From Aulosira sp. ZfuVER01 (GTDB lineage: Bacteria; Cyanobacteriota; Cyanobacteriia; Cyanobacteriales; Nostocaceae): DNA of 64,000 nt. Position numbers and translations under genes: made by a program. The DNA lies in contig JAVRCV020000008.1 in NCBI GenBank assembly GCA_034530615.2, forward strand, positions 1 through 64,000, in the 5' to 3' direction. The notes below the pieces were generated by a model, which was not told the origin of the DNA, did not search any database, and saw only the letters and a list, made by a program, of their open reading frames with translations. This document shows, one piece after another, positions 30,299 to 39,538 of the stretch. Every line of letters starts with the position of its first letter. Within the stretch, counting starts at the first letter, position 1.

Positions 30299-30327
30299 TG
30301 TAGAGACCTTATTGTATGGTCTCTACA
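30299..30327. repeat. REP-like palindrome
   Basis: tgtagagacc-ttattgtat-ggtctctaca. Confidence 0.6.
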
Positions 30328-30398
30328 CGTATGACACAGATTAAAATTAATCACACAGGGGCAATTATTCAATCAGAAATGATAAAAACTCAGAGAAT

Positions 30399-30662
30399 TT
30401 ATGGTTTGGTCTTCTCTTTAAAAAAGCTGTCTTTGCCTGTTGTCTCTTTTATTATTTGAGAATTACCTTTTTCCTTCTTCTCCTGCAAATCGCGAACTTT
30501 AATCAACACAGAAATATACTGTTGAGTTATCCAAATTAACGCTTCTAAGCTAGAGTTACTTTGGTCAATGCGGACTTTAGCTTGTAAACCAATTAAGAAG
30601 ATTTGCATTGCCAGCAACAAAGCAATGGTTTTGTTAATAATATTTTGACGCTTGCCTTTCAT
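30399..30662 (-). CDS. small hypothetical protein divergent from the NB-ARC gene
   Basis: MKGKRQ start after a G-rich RBS-like run; one hydrophobic segment and a basic tail. Confidence 0.5.
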   Translation of the reverse strand: MKGKRQNIINKTIALLLAMQIFLIGLQAKVRIDQSNSSLEALIWITQQYISVLIKVRDLQEKKEKGNSQIIKETTGKDSFFKEKTKP

Positions 30663-30701
30663 TTGTTTTTCCCCCAAAGATTTGATAGCTACAGCTTCTC
30701 T

Positions 30702-30805
30702 TTGGGGTGGCATCCAGAAGCAAACACCCCAATCTTGCTGAAAATGGCTTAGAATCTGGATTTAATAGCTTTGGGGTGGTAGTCCTAAATTGGGGTAGCC
30801 CTAAA
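30702..30805. promoter_or_regulatory. repeated TTGGGGTR motifs in the divergent spacer (putative operator)
   Basis: copies at 30702, 30725 (inverted), 30771 and 30790; GGTAGYCCTAAA duplicated. Confidence 0.45.
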
Positions 30806-30830
30806 CTTCTCGATCAATTTTTTGGATGCA

Positions 30831-33800
30831 ATGCCGCGAACTACATACGGTGCTGAACCTAAAAAGCGAGTCAAGCGTCTGTTAGAGACGTTGCTTTGTT
30901 TCGCGGCTGGAGAATTTGAGGATTATTTTGATATTCAATTTACCTGGCAAGAAGACGGTGAAAAGCCTAAGCTGAAAGTCGAGACAACTCTGGTGACTTT
31001 GGAGTTGCTTACACAAAAGGACAAACATCCTGGTAAGTTAACTAAACCGCAAATTCGCGAAGCGCTGAATTTACTCAAGGATTTTTTGAACATTCTCGAA
31101 GATAACCGTATTCAAACCCAAGGTTCTGAAGATTGGCGTTTTACGCTGACGCTATGGGCAAAGGATACGGAAATTAACCTAAAACAGGTTGATGAGGAAT
31201 GGGAAAATCAGAGACAAAAGAAATCTAAAAAACCACAGCCTAGCGTCAACAAAGTTGAGGAAGTTGACGCTACGAAAGCCGCTACTCGACCGCAAATCAC
31301 TATTTTTCAAGCTCCACCTTTACCTGTACACTTTGTAGAACGCCCAGAATACAGCGAAGATTTAAAGACTCGTCTGCTCAACGGTTCATCATCTGATAAC
31401 CGCACCTTGGTAATTACAGCGATTCACGGCTTAGGTTCGGTGGGCAAGTCTACCATAGCAGCAGCTTTAGCCCATGATGCAGAAGTACAAACTCGGTTTT
31501 GTGATGGCATTCTTTGGGCAACATTAGGTCAACAGCCTGATGTGCTTTCTTTACTTAGTGGCTGGGTGCAAGCGCTAGGAGACTATAGCTTTAAACCTAC
31601 CAGTGTCGAAGCCACTTCTACCCAATTGCGGACTCTGCTTTATGACAAAGCTGTACTGCTAGTGGTAGATGATGCATGGAATACCAAAGATGCACAAGCG
31701 TTTAATGTCGGTGGTGCGCGTTGTCAAGTTTTGGTAACTACCCGTGACGCTTCTATTGCCGATGCATTGGCAGCTAGCACCTACAGCCTGGATATAATGA
31801 CAGATGCCCAGGCAATGGAACTGCTGACGAAGAAATTAGGACGGGAGATTACAGGTACAGAACGTCAGTCAGCAGCAAAATTAGCCAAAGGTGTTGGTTA
31901 TCTACCCCTAGCATTAGAACTCGCCGCCGCCCAAGTTGCAACTGGTACAGCTTGGACAGTTCTTTTACAAGATATTCAACGAGAAATTGCCCGGTTAAAA
32001 ACATTTGACAGACCAGGCGCGAGAGATACCACTGATGAAGCTAGTTTAAAACGCCTCAGCTTAACGGCATCGTTGAATTTGAGTGTACAGCGATTGCCAG
32101 ATGAGGAAAGAGAATATTTTACTTGGCTGGGGGTGTTACCGGAAGATGCAACTATTAGCCCTAAAATGACCGCAACACTTTGGGATATGGCAGATGAGCG
32201 TGATGCTGCTGATGCATTGGAATATTTGCGAAGTAAAGCATTACTATTAACTGGTGTGACGCTAGCTGATCGGACGCTGACCTATCGCTTGCATGACTTA
32301 TTCCACGATTTAGCATGTAATTTGTTAACTGAGCCAAAAACACCTAAGCGTCGCGGTGATTTACCTGGACTAGGTATTTCCCTTGCCAATGCTCACGCTG
32401 CATTGTTGGAGAAATATCGGCAGAAAACCCAAAATAATTTATGGCACATCTTGCCTGATGATGGTTACATTCATCAGCATTTAGTATGGCATTTGGAGAA
32501 GGCGGGACGGTTTGAAGAGATTCATTCTTTGTTGCGGGAAGAGTCGGCAACTGGGGATAATGGCTGGTATGAAGTGCGGGAAAAGTTGGGGCAAACTGGG
32601 GGTTACATCACAGATATTTCTCGTGCTTGGGAATTAGCACAAGTAAATTGGACTGAATCAACTCTGCCGCAAGTGGTGGGTTTGCAGTGTCGCTATGCTT
32701 TGATTATGGCTTCTCTTAATAGTGTGGCAGCTAATATACCAGTGGAATTGCTAATGGCGTTGGTCAAAGAAAAGGTGTGGACTGCTGCACAAGGGCTAAC
32801 TTACGCACTGCAAAACCCGAATCAATATGAGAAAGCGACAGCCCTTGTAGAGCTGGTCAACTATTTGCCGCCAAATTTAAAAAAACTAGCACTTTCAGAA
32901 GCACTCATTGCCGCTAGAGCGATTGAGTCTGACAGAGATCGCGCCTTTACTTTAATAGCATTAGCCGAGCAACTACCAGAAGCATTGCCAGAAGCACTCA
33001 TCGCCGCTAGGGCAATTTGGGATGAGTGTTCTCGCGCCTATGCTTTGATAGCATTAACTGAGAAACTACCAGGGGTATTACTAGAAGCACTCAATGCCAC
33101 TAAGGCGATTCAGGATCAGTATGCTCGCCCCTATGTCCTCAGGGCATTAGCTGAGAAACTACCATCAGATTTGTTGCCAGAAGTACTCACTACTGCTAGG
33201 TCAATTCAGGATGAGTATTTTCGCGCCTCTGCCCTCAGCGCATTAGCCAAGAAACTACCAGAGGTATTGCCAGAAGCACTCACGGCCGCTAGGGCAATTC
33301 AGGATGAGTATTTTCGCGCCTCTGCCCTCAGCGCATTAGCCAAGAAACTACCAGAGGTATTGCCAGAAGCACTCACGGCCGCTAGGGCAATTCAGGATGA
33401 GTCTTCTCGCGCCTCTGCCCTCAGCGCATTAGCCAAGAAACTACCACCAAATTTGTTGCCAGAAGCACTTACTGCCGCTAGGGCAATTCAGAATGAGTCC
33501 TCTCGTGCCTCTGCCCTGAGCACATTAGCCGAGAAGCTACCAGAGATATTACCCGAAGCACTCACTGCCGCTAAGGCAATTCAGAATGAGTATTCTCGTG
33601 CCTCTGCCCTGAGCACATTAGCCGAGAAGCTACCACCAGATTTGTTGCCAGAAGCACTCACTGCCGCTAGGGCAATTCAGAATGAGTATTCTCGTGCCTC
33701 TGCCCTGAGCACATTAGCCGAGAAGCTACCACCAGATTTGTTGCCAGAAGCACTCACTGCCGCTAGGGCAATTCAGAATGAGTCCTCTCGCGCCTCTGCC

Positions 33801-34748
33801 CTCAGCGCATTAGCCGAGAAGCTACCAGAGTTGTTGCCAGAAGCACTTACTGCCGCCAGGGCAATTCAGGATGAGTCCTCTCGCGCCTCTGCCCTGAGAG
33901 TATTAGCTAATAAACTACTACCAGAGTTGTTGCCAGAAGCACTCACCGCGATTCAGGATGAGTATTCTCGTACCTCTGCCCTGAGCGCATTAGCCGAGAA
34001 GCTACCAGAGGTATTACCAGAAGCACTCACTGCTGCTAGGGCGATTCAGCCTCAGAGAGATCGCGCCTCTGCCCTGAGCGCATTAGCCGAAAAGCTACCA
34101 GAGGTATTACCAGAAGCACTCACTGCCGCTAGGGCAATTCAGGATGAGTCCTCTCGCGCCTCTGCCCTGAGCGCATTAACCGAAAAACTACCACCAGAGT
34201 TGTTGCCAGAAGCACTCACTGCTGCTAGGGCGATTCAGTCTCAGAGAGATCGCGCCTCTGCCCTGAGCGCATTAGCCGAGAAGTTACCAGAGGTATTGCC
34301 AGAAGCACTCACTGCCGCTAGGGCAATTCAGGATGAGTCCTCTCGCGCCTCTGCCCTGAGCGCATTAACCGAAAAACTACCACCAGAGTTGTTGCCAGAA
34401 GCACTCACTGCTGCTAGGGCGATTCAGTCTCAGAAAGATCGCGCCTCTGCCCTCAGTGCATTAGCCAATAAACTACCAGAAGTATTGCCAGAAGCACTCA
34501 CCGCGATTCAGGATGAGTATTCTCGTGTCTGTGCCCTCAAAGCATTAGCTATAGGTCTGTCAAAAATGCCATCTGTTACACTTTTCCCACTTTGGCGAGA
34601 TACACTTTATCAGCTATCCCTTCGCACTCGCCCTAATTTGCTGGCAGATATCAAGGCATTGTTTCCAGTTATCTTTGCATTAGGTGGTGAAGCAGCAACG
34701 GCAGAAGTTGCTCGTGCGATCGCAGATGTGGCGCGATGGTGGCGGTAA
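30831..34748 (+). CDS. NLR-like STAND NTPase: N-terminal domain, NB-ARC, APAF-1-type helical domain, tandem helical repeats
   Basis: FVER, Walker A GLGSVGKS, Walker B LLVVDDAW, VTTR, GYLPLAL, LHDL (MHD-like), YIHQHLVWHL; C-terminal 31/32-aa repeats. Confidence 0.92.
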   Translation: MPRTTYGAEPKKRVKRLLETLLCFAAGEFEDYFDIQFTWQEDGEKPKLKVETTLVTLELLTQKDKHPGKLTKPQIREALNLLKDFLNILEDNRIQTQGSEDWRFTLTLWAKDTEINLKQVDEEWENQRQKKSKKPQPSVNKVEEVDATKAATRPQITIFQAPPLPVHFVERPEYSEDLKTRLLNGSSSDNRTLVITAIHGLGSVGKSTIAAALAHDAEVQTRFCDGILWATLGQQPDVLSLLSGWVQALGDYSFKPTSVEATSTQLRTLLYDKAVLLVVDDAWNTKDAQAFNVGGARCQVLVTTRDASIADALAASTYSLDIMTDAQAMELLTKKLGREITGTERQSAAKLAKGVGYLPLALELAAAQVATGTAWTVLLQDIQREIARLKTFDRPGARDTTDEASLKRLSLTASLNLSVQRLPDEEREYFTWLGVLPEDATISPKMTATLWDMADERDAADALEYLRSKALLLTGVTLADRTLTYRLHDLFHDLACNLLTEPKTPKRRGDLPGLGISLANAHAALLEKYRQKTQNNLWHILPDDGYIHQHLVWHLEKAGRFEEIHSLLREESATGDNGWYEVREKLGQTGGYITDISRAWELAQVNWTESTLPQVVGLQCRYALIMASLNSVAANIPVELLMALVKEKVWTAAQGLTYALQNPNQYEKATALVELVNYLPPNLKKLALSEALIAARAIESDRDRAFTLIALAEQLPEALPEALIAARAIWDECSRAYALIALTEKLPGVLLEALNATKAIQDQYARPYVLRALAEKLPSDLLPEVLTTARSIQDEYFRASALSALAKKLPEVLPEALTAARAIQDEYFRASALSALAKKLPEVLPEALTAARAIQDESSRASALSALAKKLPPNLLPEALTAARAIQNESSRASALSTLAEKLPEILPEALTAAKAIQNEYSRASALSTLAEKLPPDLLPEALTAARAIQNEYSRASALSTLAEKLPPDLLPEALTAARAIQNESSRASALSALAEKLPELLPEALTAARAIQDESSRASALRVLANKLLPELLPEALTAIQDEYSRTSALSALAEKLPEVLPEALTAARAIQPQRDRASALSALAEKLPEVLPEALTAARAIQDESSRASALSALTEKLPPELLPEALTAARAIQSQRDRASALSALAEKLPEVLPEALTAARAIQDESSRASALSALTEKLPPELLPEALTAARAIQSQKDRASALSALANKLPEVLPEALTAIQDEYSRVCALKALAIGLSKMPSVTLFPLWRDTLYQLSLRTRPNLLADIKALFPVIFALGGEAATAEVARAIADVARWWR
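32897..34550 (+). repeat. 18 tandem 93/96-bp coding repeats
   Basis: unit EALTAARAIQxxxxRASALSALAEKLP(P)EVLP, nearly identical at DNA level; two units lack 9 bp. Confidence 0.95.
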
Positions 34749-34830
34749 ATAGACTCAGGAAATGCAGTATTTATAGTTTTACCAAAGTGCGATCGCACTC
34801 TATCTCTTCTAAACTGCGATCGCAAAATCA

Positions 34831-34956
34831 GCTTTCGTTACCAAAATTACCTCATCTATAGAGAACCCGATCGCATTCATAACCAACGAGATCGGGTTCT
34901 CTATCAACGAGTACTCATTCATACAGAACCTCATCTCATTCGTAACCAACGAGTTA
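34831..34956. repeat. six degenerate 21-bp tandem units
   Basis: e.g. gcattcataaccaacgagatc, tcattcgtaaccaacgagtta, tcattcatacagaacctcatc at exact 21-nt spacing. Confidence 0.7.
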
Positions 34957-35171
34957 ATTTTCTGGGTACAAAGGTTGCAGCAGATGATGAGAAATTGCAC
35001 TGCTACAAGCTGGCAAATTCCAATAACATATACTATAGAATACGCATAATTACAGAGTTTTATCCCTAAATACTCTTAAAAAAAAGTCCAATATTTTGTG
35101 ATTTTCCCTGAACCGGAATATAGCTTTTTTAAGACAAGATAACAGTATAAAAGTTATTCAGGAGTAGAACT

Positions 35172-35591
35172 ATGACCCTACCAAAACGTTCATCTCGTAT
35201 TCTCGAAAAAGCTCAAAAAAGAGTTTCTGGAATGCAAGCTATCGATCCGAATCTTGATTTTGGCAATTATAACAACTTGTAAAATATACTACAACAAATT
35301 GAGTAATTACGTAGTAAGCTGAACACCCACAACACTGCTCTGGCTGTAATTGATGCTTCCAGAACTGATATTGAACAGCTAGAAAAAAGCTTGAGCGTTT
35401 TGTGTGAAAATATGCTGATGTCAGTTGGCGGGAGATACGGCAAAGACAGCGCTGAATATGTTCAAGCTGGTGGTGTGCGTAAGAGCGATGGCTTCGCCAA
35501 CGCCAAGGGCGAACGCATCCGCAAAGGCGCGATCGCTAGGATAAAATCAACCACAGAGAAAGTAACAGTTGAGCCGACAGAAACAGCTTGA
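35172..35591 (+). pseudogene. conserved-type cyanobacterial hypothetical gene with two in-frame stops
   Basis: GGAG RBS, MTLPKRSSRILEKAQKR...IDPNLDFG; TAA at 35280 and 35304; the same frame resumes to YGKDSAEYVQAGGVRKS. Confidence 0.8.
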
Positions 35592-35631
35592 TGGTTGGGC
35601 ATTGGGCATTGGTAGTTTCTTCGCCATACCC

Positions 35632-35663
35632 AAAAACTCCATACCCTTGTGGGTGGAGTTTTT
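35632..35663. terminator. bidirectional rho-independent terminator
   Basis: aaaaactccat...gtggagttttt between convergent genes. Confidence 0.65.
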
Positions 35664-35785
35664 CATTTGAATTGCAAATGCAAGGATAAAGAAAAGAACC
35701 TGAAGAGGTTTGATGATGGAGTGCGGTGTCAGGTTTTAGTAACTACGCAAGAAGGCGCGATCGCTCACATATTTTCCATGAGGAG

Positions 35786-36379
35786 CTAAAAACAAAAACG
35801 AAAGTTATCAAGAGTGAATTGACCATCAAAAGCGCTGAAGGTCACATAATAAATATCATTTGCCGCTACAGATAATAGAGTATTAGGGGGTATGGGGGAG
35901 TCAGAATTGGCCAGGTTTGATCCTGGTAGTACAGTTTGAGCTACTAGTTTGCGATCGCGATCGTAAGCTGTCAGCACTAGCCGCTGTGAACTTGTCACTA
36001 AGGCACTAACCCAATTAACTGGTCGCAAAAAACTCACCTCTAACAATCCACTCTCAGGCGAACCCATCAATACTGTTAACCCTGAGTTGGTAGGAAATGC
36101 CGGATTTGATGGTTGAATTGCCAGAGAATTTTGAAAAATCACACCCCAAGATTCATACTGACGCTCCACAACTTCAAAACACTTCAAATCATCAAAGTTC
36201 AAAGCAATACAACTAGGTGTATTTTCTTGGCTAGTATCAGATGCATCCTTGGCATCATTTACCTGACCCTGCCACTCTGAAGCTATTGCTTGGTGATGAA
36301 TATTACAGTTGTCAAGCCCAAATCCAGTGCCTTCAAACCTTGGTATTTTATCTGATTTAAGAATAACCTCCTTGACCAT
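35786..36379 (-). CDS. hypothetical protein (beta-rich)
   Basis: 197-aa ORF, LNFDDL..F..V..QY..WGV.F.N..AIQPSNPAFP. Confidence 0.7.
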   Translation of the reverse strand: MVKEVILKSDKIPRFEGTGFGLDNCNIHHQAIASEWQGQVNDAKDASDTSQENTPSCIALNFDDLKCFEVVERQYESWGVIFQNSLAIQPSNPAFPTNSGLTVLMGSPESGLLEVSFLRPVNWVSALVTSSQRLVLTAYDRDRKLVAQTVLPGSNLANSDSPIPPNTLLSVAANDIYYVTFSAFDGQFTLDNFRFCF

Positions 36380-36927
36380 GACACCTTACCTTAAAATTTC
36401 CTATAGAAGAATAATCAATTTAATATTTTCATCAAAATTATTTTTGCCGTTTACAGCTAGAGAATTCATGGCTGTTTTTCTCTAGCGTCTTGCCGATAAC
36501 TTAATTCTCAAAATTATCCGTAATCTTTCTGATAGATTACCATAGAAAACCATGCCAAAATTAATAACCCAGTTCTCGTTGCTACCAACTCAAATCCTCA
36601 CAGCGCAGTAAATCCAAGCAACGCATCCCAGTATGTGTAACAAAAAGATCACGATATCTTCACAGATAGTCAGGTAATTTTACATCTACTTAATCTGGCA
36701 TTGGCCAGAAGTCTAACAATGATGGATTCCCGGATAATAGTGGGGAGTTTAAAGCCTACAAGTAATACCAAACTGCGGGAAGGGGATCGGATAGATAACA
36801 GCAGATGTATTTTCATTTCTCCTGTCAATTTCTCGATGCTATTTCCGAACGCAATTTAGTATAAGTACTCAGTAGTGACTTAAAGATCACCTATGCCAAG
36901 CAACCACAACAGTGAATTAAAAAATAC

Positions 36928-37827
36928 ATGATGTTTCAGCCACTAGGATTTGAGCAACGCTCGATAATTACCTCGCTGGGGAGAATAGTGTACTATACGA
37001 ACACTGGTTCACTTTGGCAGCACGATGTAGCCACACAAGGCGAACGAGAAACTTTAGTGTTTCTCCACGGCTTTGGTGGTGGTTCTTCTGCTTATGAGTG
37101 GTCTAAAGTTTATCCCGCCTTCGCCAGCGACTATCGGATTATTGCACCAGACTTATTAGGTTGGGGTAAATCTGAGCATTTAGGACGGAATTATCAGATT
37201 GAAGATTATTTAACCACGATTCAAGAGTTTTTGCAGCAGACTTGTATCGAGCCTGTAACAGCGATCGCTTCTTCCCTCACCGCAGCGATTGTCATTCGAG
37301 TGGCGATCGCTCATCCCAATTTATTCAAATCTCTAATTCTTACCACTCCCGCCGGATTGTCGGATTTTGGTGAAGACTATTCTCGCAGCTTTTTTGCTCA
37401 GTTAGCCAGCGTTCCCATTGTGGATCGTTTGTTGTACAGCACGGGAGTAGCTACCAGTAACGGGATTCGCACTTTTTTAGAGCAGCGACAATTTGCCCAA
37501 CCTAGCCGAGTTTACCAAGAAATTGTCGATGCTTACCTAGAATCCGCACAACAACCTAATGCTGAGTACACCGCCCTGTCTTTTGTTCGGGGTGATTTGT
37601 GCTTTGATTTATCGTTGTATATTCAGCAATTGACCGTTCCCACCGCGATTATTTGGGGAGAAAAGTCGCAATTTACCGGGCCAGAAATTGGTCGTCGTCT
37701 CGCGAATCTCAATCCCCAAGCGATTCGAGTTTTTCAACATTTAGAAGATGTGGGATTAACACCACAATTAGAATTACCAGCAGTGACGATTGGCTTAATT
37801 CGACAGTTTTTACCTTTGCTGGATTAA
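36928..37827 (+). CDS. alpha/beta fold hydrolase
   Basis: FLHGFGG, APDLLGWGKS, IIWGE; atypical nucleophile elbow (ASSLT). Confidence 0.85.
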   Translation: MMFQPLGFEQRSIITSLGRIVYYTNTGSLWQHDVATQGERETLVFLHGFGGGSSAYEWSKVYPAFASDYRIIAPDLLGWGKSEHLGRNYQIEDYLTTIQEFLQQTCIEPVTAIASSLTAAIVIRVAIAHPNLFKSLILTTPAGLSDFGEDYSRSFFAQLASVPIVDRLLYSTGVATSNGIRTFLEQRQFAQPSRVYQEIVDAYLESAQQPNAEYTALSFVRGDLCFDLSLYIQQLTVPTAIIWGEKSQFTGPEIGRRLANLNPQAIRVFQHLEDVGLTPQLELPAVTIGLIRQFLPLLD

Positions 37828-37924
37828 TTATTGGCATTGTTTGCGATCGCTAAAATGCTCGTCATTGGGTATTGGTGACTCTTAGCCATGACGGCAGTTC
37901 CTACAAGCCGGAAAACCCGTCTAA

Positions 37925-38085
37925 GAGGTTGTTTTAAAAGTATTTGGCTGTGACTTTAGACACTTATTGATCCCCTCTACCCCCTTAAAAAAGGGGGAAA
38001 TAGAATTAAAGTCCCCCTTAAAAAGGGGGATTTAGGGGGATCTAAAATTATTTGCTACATCATTGATGACTTTTCAAATATCCTC
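37925..38085. mobile_element. 161-bp MITE with 17-bp TIRs and TAA target duplication
   Basis: GAGGTTGTTTTAAAAGT ... ACTTTTCAAATATCCTC, TAA on both sides; internal gatcccc...ggggatc palindrome shared with 23230-23312. Confidence 0.85.
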
Positions 38086-38150
38086 TAAGGCACTGCCTCC
38101 CCAATGCTCAATGCCCAATGCCCAATGCCCAAAAAATCCAGAATTTTTCT

Positions 38151-39281
38151 ATGCTGCCAGTTATTGAAACGATTTTCTTACGTCAAATGGCTTCAGGCGA
38201 TCGCCTATCTCTACAAGTTTACAAATTTATCGGCGCTCATCCTGGTAAAAAAGTCTACATTCAGTCTAATTTACACGGTGCAGAAATTGCTGGTAATGCA
38301 GTTATTCATCAACTTATTGAGTTTTTGCTAACACTAAATGATACAGATTTAGCGGGAGAAATTTGGTTGGTTCCTGTTTGTAATCCAATGGGAGCAAATG
38401 AGCGTTCTCACCATTTTTCTGCTGGGAGATACTGTGTTTACGAAGCCAAGGACTGGAATCGGATTTTTTGGGATTACGAGAAAGAAGCTGATGATTTAGT
38501 AGCTTTTACTAAATCACAACTTCACATTGATAGAGAGGTCGTCCGACTAAATTATCTAACTACAATCAAACAAAAATTTGCAAAAATTTTAGAAAAAATT
38601 AATTCCCCTTATGGTCTACCATATACTGAACAATTTAGCTACCAACTACAATCTCTCAGTTTAGATGCAGACTATTTGATTGACTTACACAGTTCTACAA
38701 ATCAAGCAATCAACTATCTTTATTACTTCCGAAATCGCGAAGATAGTGCCAAATACTTCCTGTTCGCTCGCGGAATTTTACTAGATCCTTATGATGGTGA
38801 TGCTTTTGATGAGTCATTTATCAAGCCTTGGTTAGCATTAGAAGCTTGTTTTCAAAAGCTGGGTAGAAACATGCGATTTGATATCGAAGCCTGGACACTC
38901 GAACTTGGTTCAGGAATGCAGATGAACCCTGATTCAGTTAGCAAAGGTATTTTAGGTATAAAAAATTATTTAGCACAAAAAGGTGTATTGCAAATCCCTG
39001 ACTTTCCTCGAGATCAAACCACAGAGCATAAAATGACCTTTTCGGCTACAAGTAAAGTCATCAAATATTATGCGATCGCAGGTGGTATGATTCAATGCCG
39101 GGTCGAATTAGGTAGTAAAGTCAAAGCTAAAGACAAACTGTATCAAATTCTCAGTTTCAACAAAGAAAGCCAATTACCTCAGGTGATTGATATCTTTGCC
39201 GAACATGATGGATTAGTTTATGAGATTTCGACAAATCAAGCTGTAAATCAAGGCGAATTTGTACTCAGAATTATTCAGTAG
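38151..39281 (+). CDS. succinylglutamate desuccinylase/aspartoacylase (M14-like) family
   Basis: LHGAEIAG, CNPMG, DWNR, IDLHS, TLELG; the upstream ATG at 38118 lies in STRR repeats. Confidence 0.88.
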   Translation: MLPVIETIFLRQMASGDRLSLQVYKFIGAHPGKKVYIQSNLHGAEIAGNAVIHQLIEFLLTLNDTDLAGEIWLVPVCNPMGANERSHHFSAGRYCVYEAKDWNRIFWDYEKEADDLVAFTKSQLHIDREVVRLNYLTTIKQKFAKILEKINSPYGLPYTEQFSYQLQSLSLDADYLIDLHSSTNQAINYLYYFRNREDSAKYFLFARGILLDPYDGDAFDESFIKPWLALEACFQKLGRNMRFDIEAWTLELGSGMQMNPDSVSKGILGIKNYLAQKGVLQIPDFPRDQTTEHKMTFSATSKVIKYYAIAGGMIQCRVELGSKVKAKDKLYQILSFNKESQLPQVIDIFAEHDGLVYEISTNQAVNQGEFVLRIIQ

Positions 39282-39538
39282 TTCCTGCTGACTTCTAGAT
39301 TCTTGGTATTCATGGCACAATGAAATATAATTGCAGCACAGTGTTCTCAAGAGAGCAATACCCTATAGATAGATAAAGTAAGGGAGTTTGTATACTCCTA
39401 TCTCTTTTTTTGATATGGGAACACAATATATTTAGTAGTAGATTAAACTTAAGCAGAGGCACTCCCTAAAAAATGCCAGGGTGATCTTATGTTTATTACT
39501 TGTCTAAGAAAAAAAACAACTTATCCCAACTATAAAAT

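Noticed and set aside
32897..34550. Possible CRISPR array
   Set aside because: Units are in-frame coding repeats without unique spacers, and there are no cas genes
32897..34550. Diversity-generating retroelement as the source of repeat variation
   Set aside because: No reverse transcriptase or separate template repeat in the window; differences are not adenine-specific
36400..36920. Possible ncRNA or riboswitch in a long spacer
   Set aside because: No recognisable consensus or convincing structure by eye; needs an Rfam search
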